From: Burkholderiales bacterium
GTDB lineage: Bacteria > Pseudomonadota > Gammaproteobacteria > Burkholderiales > Burkholderiaceae_C
Reading direction: 5' to 3'
Assembly: GCA_038326025.1 (NCBI GenBank)
Contig: JBBQJP010000021.1
Coordinates: 5,440 to 69,439, forward strand
DNA: 64,000 nucleotides
Numbering within the stretch: position 1 is the stretch's first letter; every line of letters begins with the position of its first letter. The notes beneath the pieces were generated by a model. It was given only the letters and a program-made list of their open reading frames with translations. It was not told where the DNA came from and searched no databases. Positions 42,558-52,315 of the stretch are shown here, piece after piece. The position numbers and the translations under genes are program-made.

Positions 42558-45500
42558 ATGAATGAAAGCGAGTGTATGGCCGCGGCTACCAAGGACTGTC
42601 CCCGGTGTTCCGTCGCCAATCCGGCGCAAATGCGTTTCTGCGGAAGTTGTGGTGCCGCGCTGACGCAGCAATGCGCACAGTGCGGCTTCAGCAATCCGGC
42701 GGGGTTCCGGTTCTGCGGCGGCTGTGCAGCGTCGCTGACCGGCATGGCGCCTGACGCTGCGTTAGCGCGCGCTGAAGGCGCCCCGCCGCCGTCCGGCATC
42801 GGACACGACGCGGAGCGCCGGCAGCTGACCGTCCTCTTTGTCGACCTGATCGACTCGGTCCGCCTGTCCGAGTCGCTGCTGGCCGAGGACCTGCGCGACC
42901 TGTTGCTCGCCTACCAGGGCGCGGTGGTCAAGGCCATCGAAGAGGGCGGCGGGCATGTCGCGCAGTACCTCGGCGACGGCATCCTGGCCTACTTTGGCTA
43001 CCCGGTGGCACACGAGGACGACGCCATCCAGGCGGTGCGCGCCGCGCTGCGCTGCGTCTCGGGCATGGGCAGGCTGCGTGAAGCCGGACAGGTGGCCGAC
43101 GCGATCCACATCCGCGTGGGCGTGCACACCGGCGTCGGCGTGATCGGGGAGATCGGCGCCGGAAGCCACCAGGAACGCCTGGCCATCGGCACGGCGCCGA
43201 ACATCGCGGCGCGCATCCAGTCGCTGGCCGGCACCGACGAAGTTATGGTCAGCGCGGCCACGCGCGTGCTGGCCGCCGAGATGTTCGAGTATGGGCCCGA
43301 GCAGGAGGTCACGCTCAAGGGCATTGCCAAGCCGGTGCAGGTCAGCCGGGTGCTGACTGCGAAGGACACCCAGCATCTGATCGCGCAGAACAAGAAACTG
43401 GGCGTGCGGCCGCTCATGGGAAGGGCGCAGCAACTGGCGGTGCTGCAACAGCAGTTCGATGCCGCCGCGCGCCAGCGCGGCAGCACGGTGCTTGTCAGCG
43501 GCGAGGCCGGCATCGGCAAATCGCGCCTGATCTACGCCTTTGCGTCCGGGCTGTCCAGCGATGCGCTGCAGCTCAGCGCGCGCTGCGCGCCGCATGAGCA
43601 GAATAGCCCCTTGTTGCCGCTGGTGGAGCTATTCGGGCAGATGTTCGGCATCACCTCGCAGAAGCTGGACGCGTTCGACGAGAGGCGCATTCGCCAGCTG
43701 CTGCAGCACTCGGAAGACCCGGACGCCTTTGCGCTGCTGATCGACTTCCTGTCGCTCAAGACCAGCGGCACGGTTCCCGATGCGGCGTTGTCATCGGCCA
43801 GACGCCGCGACCGCACCCTGAAGCTGCTGCGCGAGTTACTGCTGGGCGAGGCGGCTAAGCGACCGGTGGTGCTGTTCGTCGAGGACATGCACTGGATCGA
43901 TCCCTCGACGCTTGAGTTCATCGATACGCTGCTCGAAGCCGGCGCCCAGGTCGGGCTGATGCTGGTCTTCACGGCGCGGCCCGCCTTCGAAAGCCCCTGG
44001 GGCTATCGGCCCTACCTTATGAAGCTGGAGCTGGAGCGGCTGGGGGCGGCGGAAGCCGAGGCCCTGATGCGCTCGGTCACCGGCGACAAGCAGCTGCCCG
44101 ACATCGTGCTCAAGGACCTGCTGGCCCGGGCCGACGGCGTGCCGCTATACCTGGAGGAGATGACGAAGGCGGTCATCGAGTCCGGCCTGCTGCGCACCAA
44201 TGCGGGAAACTACGAGCTCAACCTGCCCTCGACGCTGCGCGACTCGCTGGCCGCGCGGCTGGACCATCTGGGCACCGCCAAGGGTGTCGCCCAGCTGGCG
44301 GCGGTGATCGGACGCAGCTTCGCCTACCGCGTGTTGGCGGCCATCTCGCCGGACGACATCCTGGTCTTGCGGCGCCACATCGACCATCTGGTGCGCGTCG
44401 AGCTGGTCCACCTGGACCCGTCGGTCGGCCTGGAAACCTATGTGTTCCGGCATGCGCTGATCCGCGATGCGGCCTACGACTCGCTGCTGCGCAAGGAGCG
44501 CGAGGAATTGCATGGCCGCGTCGCCACCGCGCTCAAGGCCATCGTCGCCGTCGAATGCGAGCAGCGGCCGGAAATCCTGGCCTGGCACTTGGAGCGCGCA
44601 GGACAACTCGACGCAGCCGTGACCAGCTGGACCGAAGCCGGCCAGAAGGCCATGGCACGCGCCGCGCACCGAGAGTCCATCGCCCACCTGAGCCATGCCA
44701 TCGAACTGCTCGAGCGCCGGCCGGACTCCGCCGTGCGCAAGCAAACCGAGCTCGGCCTGCAGCTCACGCTGGGCGGCAACTACATCGCCACGCAGGGCTG
44801 GTCGTCGCCGGGCGTCATGGGCGCCTTCAGCCGGGCCCGCGACATCTGCAACACGTTGGGCCACGGGCGTGAGGTGTTTCCGGCGCTGTGGGGGCTCTGG
44901 TCCTACCACCTCGTTACCGGCAACTTCCGTGAAGGCAAGGAGGTCGCGGCGCAATTGCAGGCCATCGCGGAACCCACCGGCGACCCGAGCCTGCTGGTTC
45001 CGCTGGGCCACGCGCGCGGCTACAACCTGATGTTCAGCGGCGAGTACCGCGCCGCGCTCGACCTGACGCGCGCCGGCAGCGCACTGTTCGACCTGGAGCT
45101 CGAACGCGCACTGGTCGGCGGCTACCAGCAGTCGTCGACGTCGGCGATGTGCAATATCGCGTCGATCTCGCTGTGGGCACTCGGATTTCCGGACCAGGCG
45201 CGGCAGATGGCGGCGCGCCAGTCCGAGATCAGCGACATGGTCCGCAACCGGGCCTGCGACGCAGTGGACATGGCCGGGCTGCAATGGGGCGTGGCGTCCT
45301 TGATCCGCGACACCGCATGGGTCAGGCAGTGCGAGGAAAAAGGGCTGGCGATCTCCGCCGAGATCGAGAACGTCTTCTGGCCGGCGCTGCTGCGTTTCTA
45401 TGGTAGCTGGGCCCGGGTCATGGACGGCGACAAACACGCGCTGGTCGACATGGAGGAGTGCCTGCAGATCTGGCGCGGCGGCGGCGCCGGGGTGCTGACC

Positions 45501-45914
45501 ACGATGTTCTATGCCTTGTACCTCGATGCCTGCCTGGCGGCGGGCGAGTTCCGCAAGGGCCTGGATTTCGCGCCCGGCAGCTTCGCCTATGTGGAGAGTT
45601 CGGGTGAACACTATTTCGAGACCGAGCTCCACCGCCTGACCGGCGAGCTGCTGGTGGCCCGCCCGGCGGACCGTGCCGACCCCGCCCTCCTCGAAAACGC
45701 GCTCGGCCATGTGGAGCGGGCCATCGAACTGGCGCGCGCAACAGGTGCCCGCTCGTTCGAGCTGCGGGCCGCCATCAGCCGGCTGCGCATCAGCCAGGGC
45801 GGCGCCCGGCAGGCGCAGGCGCAGGACGCCCTGGCCGAGCTCTACCGCGGCTTCACCGAGGGCTTCGACACGCTGGACCTGCGGGACGCCAAGGCCTTGC
45901 TCGGGTCCGACTGA
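42558..45914 (+). CDS. double zinc-ribbon / class III adenylate-guanylate cyclase / AAA(STAND) ATPase / TPR multidomain protein
   Basis: ORF 42390..45914. ATG at 42558 is favoured. CPRCS...CGSCG and CAQCG...CGGC ribbons. Cyclase core RRQLTVLFVDLIDS...GDGILAYFGYP...RVGVHTGVGVIGEIG. Walker A GEAGIGKSRL. Long helical repeat C-terminus. Confidence 0.85.
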   Translation: MNESECMAAATKDCPRCSVANPAQMRFCGSCGAALTQQCAQCGFSNPAGFRFCGGCAASLTGMAPDAALARAEGAPPPSGIGHDAERRQLTVLFVDLIDSVRLSESLLAEDLRDLLLAYQGAVVKAIEEGGGHVAQYLGDGILAYFGYPVAHEDDAIQAVRAALRCVSGMGRLREAGQVADAIHIRVGVHTGVGVIGEIGAGSHQERLAIGTAPNIAARIQSLAGTDEVMVSAATRVLAAEMFEYGPEQEVTLKGIAKPVQVSRVLTAKDTQHLIAQNKKLGVRPLMGRAQQLAVLQQQFDAAARQRGSTVLVSGEAGIGKSRLIYAFASGLSSDALQLSARCAPHEQNSPLLPLVELFGQMFGITSQKLDAFDERRIRQLLQHSEDPDAFALLIDFLSLKTSGTVPDAALSSARRRDRTLKLLRELLLGEAAKRPVVLFVEDMHWIDPSTLEFIDTLLEAGAQVGLMLVFTARPAFESPWGYRPYLMKLELERLGAAEAEALMRSVTGDKQLPDIVLKDLLARADGVPLYLEEMTKAVIESGLLRTNAGNYELNLPSTLRDSLAARLDHLGTAKGVAQLAAVIGRSFAYRVLAAISPDDILVLRRHIDHLVRVELVHLDPSVGLETYVFRHALIRDAAYDSLLRKEREELHGRVATALKAIVAVECEQRPEILAWHLERAGQLDAAVTSWTEAGQKAMARAAHRESIAHLSHAIELLERRPDSAVRKQTELGLQLTLGGNYIATQGWSSPGVMGAFSRARDICNTLGHGREVFPALWGLWSYHLVTGNFREGKEVAAQLQAIAEPTGDPSLLVPLGHARGYNLMFSGEYRAALDLTRAGSALFDLELERALVGGYQQSSTSAMCNIASISLWALGFPDQARQMAARQSEISDMVRNRACDAVDMAGLQWGVASLIRDTAWVRQCEEKGLAISAEIENVFWPALLRFYGSWARVMDGDKHALVDMEECLQIWRGGGAGVLTTMFYALYLDACLAAGEFRKGLDFAPGSFAYVESSGEHYFETELHRLTGELLVARPADRADPALLENALGHVERAIELARATGARSFELRAAISRLRISQGGARQAQAQDALAELYRGFTEGFDTLDLRDAKALLGSD

Positions 45915-45968
45915 ATCCGCCGCAGGTGCGGCCGGGGGGCGCCGGGCACAGGCCGGTGCGCGACAGGT

Positions 45969-46793
45969 TCAGCGCTCGAAGATCGGAGCATGCGGCATGC
46001 CCAGGATCCACGGCGCATTCAACTCGTAGGATCCCAGCACCGAGTCCGCGATGCCGGGCGCCCGGCCGTCGGCCGGAAGGGTTGTGGCGCCCAGGCCGGG
46101 CAGGAATTCGGCCTCGATGCGCACCGAGGTACGCAGCGGGCGCAGCGTGGCCTGGCGCCAGTCCTTGTTGAACTGCGACAACACGAAGATCGGTCCCAGT
46201 GCGGCAGGCATCTGCGACACCACGCTCTGCGCCAGCATCTCGCGCACCGGGTCGAAATGCGGGAACGCCGCCAGGGGCTGCGGCTCGCCCTCGGCCTCCC
46301 AGTCCAGCGCAATCTGGGGTGCGCCGTTCTCGGCATCGATGGCGTAGCGACCTTCACTCAACTTGAACCGCGCCAGCTTCTTGGCGTAGCCCCAGAACAT
46401 CATGCCACCCAGTGTGGCCAGCACACTGTCCAGGAACAGCCTGGGCATGTAGTAGTAAGGCCCCTGGGCCTGGCTGTCGGAGCGCCCCAGCAGCGCACCC
46501 ATGGCCCGGCCCAGTGCCCCCGGGCGCAGCATCGTGAACGGGACGCCCACCGTGAACTCCTGGTAGGTCAGGGTAGGCAATAGCGTCGGCACCGACATCA
46601 CGGCACGGAACATGGAGTTGAATGACAGGATCACCGGGTGCGTGCCCGGCGGGGTGACGCTCTGCGGGCCCAGTTCCAGCCCGGCGGGCAGCAGGCGCAG
46701 CACCTGCGCGGCGGGCATGGCCACGGTCACGCCACGCAAGGTGCCGGTGCCATACAGGTTGACCAGGTTGAACGGGTTGTTTGGGCTGCTCAT
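45969..46793 (-). CDS. hypothetical protein, acetoacetate-decarboxylase-like fold (tentative)
   Basis: Only the last 274 codons of ORF 45969..47573 are used. ATG at 46793 forms an ATGA overlap with the stop of the upstream gene. YYMPRLFLDSVLATLGGMMFWGYAKKLARFKL resembles the ADC-family core motif. Confidence 0.5.
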   Translation of the reverse strand: MSSPNNPFNLVNLYGTGTLRGVTVAMPAAQVLRLLPAGLELGPQSVTPPGTHPVILSFNSMFRAVMSVPTLLPTLTYQEFTVGVPFTMLRPGALGRAMGALLGRSDSQAQGPYYYMPRLFLDSVLATLGGMMFWGYAKKLARFKLSEGRYAIDAENGAPQIALDWEAEGEPQPLAAFPHFDPVREMLAQSVVSQMPAALGPIFVLSQFNKDWRQATLRPLRTSVRIEAEFLPGLGATTLPADGRAPGIADSVLGSYELNAPWILGMPHAPIFER

Positions 46794-49700
46794 GGTGTTT
46801 CCTTCCGGATGCGATCGGTCTCGGGTTTGATGTCGTCGAGGCGCCTGCCGTAATACCAGTCCGCGTCCCAGCTCCCGATGGCGATGAGCAGGCGCTCGCG
46901 CTCCGATCCGACGGCATCGCGTCGGATGCAGAAGTCGGGCTTTTGCCAGGCCCGCGACAGGGTGTCGAACAGATCCTGACGCTGGGCCTCGCACAGTTTG
47001 CGGGCCATCGCCACCGCCTCGCGCAGCGGCTCGGCAGCGGCCAGCACCTGCTGCAAGCCCGCCGGGCCGGCGCGCCTGGCATCGCCCGGCATGAGCCCCT
47101 TCAGCGGGTCCTTGAACAGGCCATCGAGCTTGGTCGCCAGGCCCCAGGCCTGCTGATCGAGGTAGTTGCGGCTGGCGTGCTCTGCTTCCAGAGCCAGCTC
47201 CTGGATGCTTTGCAGCGACACCAGCAACTGCGTCGTGGCCGCGAGCAGCCCGGCTTCGTCGGGCCCCTTGCCGCGACCGACGGCGGGATGCTCCGGCGCG
47301 TCCGGCAGCAGCCAGGGCGCCAGCGTGTCGAAGTGGTCCTCCATCGCCATGCAGGCCCGGGCGAACCTTTCCTGGCGCGCGATCATCAGGTCCGCGGACG
47401 CGCAGAGCCTTTCGGGAAAACCCTGTCGCGCCACCTGCTGCGCAATGAATGCGCGGTACATCGCCGCTTCGGCGTCGAGCCTGCCCGGTCCGCCGCGCGG
47501 CAGTCTGGCGGCGGCGTCCATCAAGGCGCGTTGCGCCTGGCGCCAGCGCGCCGTGGTGTCGGCATTGCCCCACTCGCGCGAGAGCATCGCGTCGATCACG
47601 ATCTGCGGGTCTATCTTCTCGATCGCGAGCCTAGCCGCTGCGACATCGATGGCGCTCGACCCGTTTTCCTTGTTGTTGATGCGTGCATTGGACATCAGCG
47701 CACCCATGCGGCAAGGGTCCGTGCGGTCCTGCTGGCGTTCCGCTTCCGGGTTCACCTCCAGCCGGGGACCGTCCTGTGCGCTACCCAACCGGCCCTTGAA
47801 GGCCACCGAAGGATCCAGCGTCCATCGCGGCGAACCGGTGCGCGTCATCAGTTGCTCGGCCAGCGACTCGACCATCGTTCCGCGCACATTGAACGGCCGT
47901 ATCGCCTGGGCGCTGTACAGGACACCGGCGCCATCGTTGTCCAGGCAGGTGGCCACCAAGCCCAGCGTCTCGACGATGGACAGGTTGGGGAAATCGTAGA
48001 TGCGCACCGCCAGCGTCTCCTCGATCTCGCAGACGTCGACCACCTCCTGCAGGTGGCGCGATACCCGCACCAGGGACTGGAAGCAGGCCTTGTCGGGGTC
48101 GGCGGCGTCGCGGAACTGCTTGAGCGAGTACATCGCCAGCGGAGCCTGGTTGCCCAGCAGTTCGAGCGCGAGCGCGCGCGCCACTTTGGCCCGTTGCGGA
48201 AACCGGGCTTTCGCGCTCTTCTTGGTGCCCTGCTCCAAGCGCAGGGCCTGCGCCCAGGCGTACGCCTTGTCCTGGGCCGCCAAATGGCCCAGGCCGGCGT
48301 TGTCCTCGTTTTGCACGATCTCGACCAGGGGTTGCACCAGGGCCTGCTGCCCGGCCTCCAACGCGGTCCACACTTCGGCGTCCATGCGCAGCAGGCTCTG
48401 GCGCGGCTTGTCCACGTCGACCCCGTCGGACAGCCAGGCGCTTGCCGGCTGGACAAAATTGGCGGTGCGCGCGCCCAGACCCTGGCCTTCGAACCGCGAT
48501 ATGGCGGCAATGTTTTCGTCGACGAAGAAATAGGCCGGCACCACGCCCACGCCTTCGGTCACCCATTCGCCGGCCGGCCCTTCGCGCTCCCAGCACACCG
48601 GAACCAGAAAGTTCAGCTCGAACCTGGCCCAGTCGCCGACATTGTTGGTCGCCGACGTGACCTCCTTGTAACTGGTGGCGGCCAGGTAGACGTAGGCATA
48701 TTGACCACCGATCGACTTGGCGCCGTCGGGCAGGAGCTGACCCTCCTCCTCCCGAACGGACTTGCCGACCGGCATTTCCGGGCGCGCCCACACCCGCAAC
48801 CGCAGCTTGTGGCATCCGTCGTCGCGATCGAGCACCGAATCCTGCAAGGCGCTGTTGATCGACTTGTCCAGGAACGCCTGCAGCTTGTCCTTCATGGCCA
48901 GCAGTGGCAGCACGCGCAGGGTGGTCCCGCTGAAGCGGAACGGCCCGGTGATGGATTCGATGGCCGACGACAGTGCAGGGTAGAACCGTGGCGCTGACGG
49001 CTCCGGTGGCGAAGTTGCTGCCGTTGCCGATGTTGCCGGCGGCACCGCGTCGGGCGGCATGGGCACGCCGCCGCCATCGCGCCAGCCGCCCTCCTGGCCG
49101 CGCCATGCCAGGTTCAGGCTGGGCTGCATGCTCACGTTCACGTCCATCCAGAACGGCAGCACCGGCTTGATCTCGGCCACCTCCACGTCACCGTCGTTCC
49201 AGCGCCGTTGCACCTCCAGCCCCAGGGTGCGGGCGATCGGCAGTGTCGAATACGCATGCAACTGGATCGTATGTCCCCCGCTGAGGTCACCCAACAGCGT
49301 GCGGTCCTCGCCCAGCAATCCGCCGCCGTTGAAGGCGTGCGTGACCATCGGGCCATTGGTCAGGGCCTGGTAACTCAGCTCCTCGGGCTTGTCGGCGCGG
49401 CGAAACTGCTTGAGATTGAGCGAGTTCGTGACCATGCCCGGCCCGCCCGGCGCCAGCGCGGGCGCCATGCGGGCCAGCATCTCCGGCAACATGGCCGGCA
49501 TCTGGCCGCCCGGCACCTGCGGAAAGATGCGCAGCGCCTGCGCCAGCCACATCGCGTCGCGGCCAAAACCGCCGAGTGCGTCGGCGACCTGCGAGGCGAT
49601 AGTCCACGGCGCGATGGGGCTGCGCGTGTCGAACGGCACGCGCAGCCCGGACATCGGTGCCTCGCGCCGGACCTCCATGAACACCCGTGACTCCAGTCGC

Positions 49701-50227
49701 CGACCGGCGTAGGCGGCCGGGAAGACATCGGTCTCGACCCGGGCCAGCGTGACCGGCGCCAGCGGGTCGCGCACCCAGTCGCTATCGACCGCGGTGACCT
49801 TGCACAAGACCTTGGGGAAGCCCGACACCGTGCGCCCCAGCGGCACCGAGTAGTTGTCGTTGACATAGATGAACGGCGTAATGGTGGCCCAGTCGTGGAA
49901 CACCCAGCGCCCGTTGACCTTGCGGTACCACTCCAGCGAGACGGCGAAGAAGACCTCCGTCTGCGCAAACCAGCCCAGGCCGCGCGCCTCGGCCACCTGG
50001 CCGTAGTCCAGCACCGACAGGAACACGTACGGCACGGAGGCCCGGAAGCGCCCCACCGACTCCGGCACGAAGTTCATGTAGCTGTTGCACAGGCGCTGCA
50101 AGGCATCCAGATTGGCGCGCAGCGGAAACACGCGCGACGACAAGCCATTGAAGACAAACGGCGGCTTGAACGGCAGCGGGTTGTTGCTGAGCGTGGGCAG
50201 TTGGCGGCTGAACTCTTCGGGCGTCAT
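46790..50227 (-). CDS. 1145-aa hypothetical protein with two acetoacetate-decarboxylase-like modules and a helical C-terminal region
   Basis: ORF 46790..50398. ATG at 50227 (MTPEEFSRQLPTLSNNPLPF), 26 nt downstream of the upstream gene's stop. Module 1 has RVFPLRANLDALQRLCNSYMN...FIYVNDNYSVPLGRTVSGFPK. Module 2 has LRVLPLLAMKDKLQAFLDKSIN...AYFFVDENIAAISRFEGQGLG. Confidence 0.6.
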   Translation of the reverse strand: MTPEEFSRQLPTLSNNPLPFKPPFVFNGLSSRVFPLRANLDALQRLCNSYMNFVPESVGRFRASVPYVFLSVLDYGQVAEARGLGWFAQTEVFFAVSLEWYRKVNGRWVFHDWATITPFIYVNDNYSVPLGRTVSGFPKVLCKVTAVDSDWVRDPLAPVTLARVETDVFPAAYAGRRLESRVFMEVRREAPMSGLRVPFDTRSPIAPWTIASQVADALGGFGRDAMWLAQALRIFPQVPGGQMPAMLPEMLARMAPALAPGGPGMVTNSLNLKQFRRADKPEELSYQALTNGPMVTHAFNGGGLLGEDRTLLGDLSGGHTIQLHAYSTLPIARTLGLEVQRRWNDGDVEVAEIKPVLPFWMDVNVSMQPSLNLAWRGQEGGWRDGGGVPMPPDAVPPATSATAATSPPEPSAPRFYPALSSAIESITGPFRFSGTTLRVLPLLAMKDKLQAFLDKSINSALQDSVLDRDDGCHKLRLRVWARPEMPVGKSVREEEGQLLPDGAKSIGGQYAYVYLAATSYKEVTSATNNVGDWARFELNFLVPVCWEREGPAGEWVTEGVGVVPAYFFVDENIAAISRFEGQGLGARTANFVQPASAWLSDGVDVDKPRQSLLRMDAEVWTALEAGQQALVQPLVEIVQNEDNAGLGHLAAQDKAYAWAQALRLEQGTKKSAKARFPQRAKVARALALELLGNQAPLAMYSLKQFRDAADPDKACFQSLVRVSRHLQEVVDVCEIEETLAVRIYDFPNLSIVETLGLVATCLDNDGAGVLYSAQAIRPFNVRGTMVESLAEQLMTRTGSPRWTLDPSVAFKGRLGSAQDGPRLEVNPEAERQQDRTDPCRMGALMSNARINNKENGSSAIDVAAARLAIEKIDPQIVIDAMLSREWGNADTTARWRQAQRALMDAAARLPRGGPGRLDAEAAMYRAFIAQQVARQGFPERLCASADLMIARQERFARACMAMEDHFDTLAPWLLPDAPEHPAVGRGKGPDEAGLLAATTQLLVSLQSIQELALEAEHASRNYLDQQAWGLATKLDGLFKDPLKGLMPGDARRAGPAGLQQVLAAAEPLREAVAMARKLCEAQRQDLFDTLSRAWQKPDFCIRRDAVGSERERLLIAIGSWDADWYYGRRLDDIKPETDRIRKETP

Positions 50228-50253
50228 GGCGGATCCTTGGTCTTCGGTGAGGC

Positions 50254-51300
50254 CTAGCTGCGTTCGATGGCCCAGACCGGCAGCGCTTCGATGAAGCGCT
50301 TGTCGGGTGAGTCGGGCAAATGGCGGTAGATCTGCGTGAACTCGTGGTGTGCCGCACCGGCCAGGCCATGCGCGACCTGGCGCGCGTAGTCGCAGCAACC
50401 ATAGCTGTTCATGCGCTCGCGCACCCAGCGCTGGTCGTCGTCGCTGCGATCGACACGCGTTTGACCCAGGAAGTCTTCTAGCCGGGCACGCTCGTCGGGT
50501 GCAGCCTGTTCGAACAAGCGGATCAGCATCAGCGTGCGCTTGCCCTCGCGGATGTCACCGCCCAACTCCTTGCCGTAGGCCTTTGCGTCGCCCTCCAGGT
50601 TGAGCAGGTCGTCCTGGATCTGGAACGCCGCACCCAGGAAGAAGCCAAAGCGGATCACGCGGTCGATATCGGCACCAGCGACACCGCCGATCAGCGAGCC
50701 GATCCGGCTCGGATGGATGGTGGCCAGCCAGCAGGTTTTCTTGAGCACCATCAACAGGTAGTCGGCTTCGGTCACGTCGCTGACGTTGTCGCGTCGCCAG
50801 CCCAGTTCCAGCGCCTGGCCCTCGGCCGATTCACGCGCCATGCGCTCGGTTTCCTCCAGAATCTGCAGCGCCAGACTGGAGCCCAGCACATGGCGGTTGT
50901 CGAGCAGGGGTTTCATCGACACCAGCGACAGCATGTCGCCGACATTGAGCGCGATCGGCAGCCCTTCGCGCACATGCAACGCCGGCTGGCCGCGGCGCTG
51001 CTCGCTCTCGTCCTCGATGTCGTCGTGGATCAGCATGGCGTTGTGCATCAACTCGATCGACACCGCGGTGCGGACCGCGGCCTCGGTGCTGGCGCCGTGC
51101 GCGCGCGCGGTGGCGATGCACAGGCTGGGGCGAAAACCCCGGCCACCGCGCCGCGGGTAGTCGGGCAGCAGGTCGTAGAGGTAGCGGCTCGGTTCACCGG
51201 TGGGCAGATAACGGAACAACAGCTCGCGCGTGATCGCCGAGTATTCCTTCAGGATCGACACCACGAGCTTTTCGTCGCGGGAGTCGGCGGCGGCTGGCAT
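50254..51300 (-). CDS. polyprenyl diphosphate synthase (GGPP-synthase-like)
   Basis: 348 aa. First Asp-rich motif LIHDDIEDESEQRRG and second FQIQDDLLNLEGD. Confidence 0.9.
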   Translation of the reverse strand: MPAAADSRDEKLVVSILKEYSAITRELLFRYLPTGEPSRYLYDLLPDYPRRGGRGFRPSLCIATARAHGASTEAAVRTAVSIELMHNAMLIHDDIEDESEQRRGQPALHVREGLPIALNVGDMLSLVSMKPLLDNRHVLGSSLALQILEETERMARESAEGQALELGWRRDNVSDVTEADYLLMVLKKTCWLATIHPSRIGSLIGGVAGADIDRVIRFGFFLGAAFQIQDDLLNLEGDAKAYGKELGGDIREGKRTLMLIRLFEQAAPDERARLEDFLGQTRVDRSDDDQRWVRERMNSYGCCDYARQVAHGLAGAAHHEFTQIYRHLPDSPDKRFIEALPVWAIERS

Positions 51301-51314
51301 GGGCGGGCCTCCAG

Positions 51315-52253
51315 TCAGGCAGCCGCCGTGCCGATGGCGTCACCAGCGCAGTCCTGCGCGATGCGCACCGACAGGCTGCCCCATTCCTGGCCCTGTCCGT
51401 CGACCAGCGCGGCCACATGGCGACCGGGAGCGGATTGTTCGCACAGGGCCAGTCGCACATGCACATGGCCTGGCTCGCTGTACACGACCACATCGCCGGG
51501 ACCGGCGGCGCCGGCTCCCTCGCACGACCATTTGGCGTGCAGCGCAGCAAGGTCGGCACCCGGCTCCAGCGACACCGCCATCTCGGCCGGCTGACGTGCA
51601 ACGCATTCGACCGTGATCTTGGCACGCGGACCCGTCGCGCTGGCGGGCGCTGCAGGCGACGCTGCAGATGGGGCTGCAGACGTCGCCGCAGATGCCGCTT
51701 CGGTGGCACCGGCCGGCGCGCCCGGCGCGGATGGCCAGCCGGCGGCCTGTCCCGCCATCGGGGCCATCGGGGCCAGGCTATCGGCCCAGGCGCGCAACAA
51801 CAGCACCCACGGCACGGCCATCGACGACGCGGCCTGTCCCAGCGGACCCGCCAGGTTCTGCGCCCACGCGCCGGCCGCGTCGGCGGCAAATCCGGGGTTG
51901 GCATATCCGGGGCCGGCAGATCCGAAGCCAGGCGGCGAAAAACGCTGCGCCGCTTCCTGGCCACGGCGCATGTACTCGTCGATCACCTGATAGGCGGTGT
52001 TGACGCCGCGCTCGACAAAACCCTGCATCGTGGCCTCGGCCGCGCCGCTCATGGCGCGACTGGTATCCAGGCTCTGGCGTACCGCAGCGCCCATACCCGA
52101 CCCCAGCGCCGCGCCGAGCGCTCCGTTCAAGGCCGCGCCCATCGAGGGTGGCAGGCCCAGCGGCGGGCGCCGCTCCGGCGCCTGCCGATGCGGTGCGGGA
52201 CGCCGGACGCGGGTACTGTCGTCGGCTTCGGTTTCAGCTTCATTCATCGGCAA
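51315..52253 (-). CDS. hypothetical protein (Ala/Gly/Pro-rich middle, small C-terminal beta-type domain)
   Basis: 312-aa ORF filling the gap between flanking operon genes on the same strand. No family recognised. Confidence 0.45.
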   Translation of the reverse strand: MPMNEAETEADDSTRVRRPAPHRQAPERRPPLGLPPSMGAALNGALGAALGSGMGAAVRQSLDTSRAMSGAAEATMQGFVERGVNTAYQVIDEYMRRGQEAAQRFSPPGFGSAGPGYANPGFAADAAGAWAQNLAGPLGQAASSMAVPWVLLLRAWADSLAPMAPMAGQAAGWPSAPGAPAGATEAASAATSAAPSAASPAAPASATGPRAKITVECVARQPAEMAVSLEPGADLAALHAKWSCEGAGAAGPGDVVVYSEPGHVHVRLALCEQSAPGRHVAALVDGQGQEWGSLSVRIAQDCAGDAIGTAAA

Positions 52254-52315
52254 TCCTCTGATGGGCCATGTGAAATGGAATCGTGTCGTACGCGGTCAAT
52301 GGACGGCCCTGCGTA

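Noticed and set aside
45969-47573. 534-aa minus-strand ORF as a single gene.
   Set aside because: Its first ~260 codons overlap the 3' part of the 1145-aa gene in another frame and are Arg/Ala/Gly-rich. A clean ATG at 46793 forms an ATGA junction with the upstream stop, so only 45969..46793 is called.
50228-50398. Longest start (50398) of the giant ORF, which would overlap the polyprenyl synthase gene by 145 bp.
   Set aside because: The extension is Arg/Pro-rich with no RBS. ATG 50227 has AAGGA upstream and removes the overlap.
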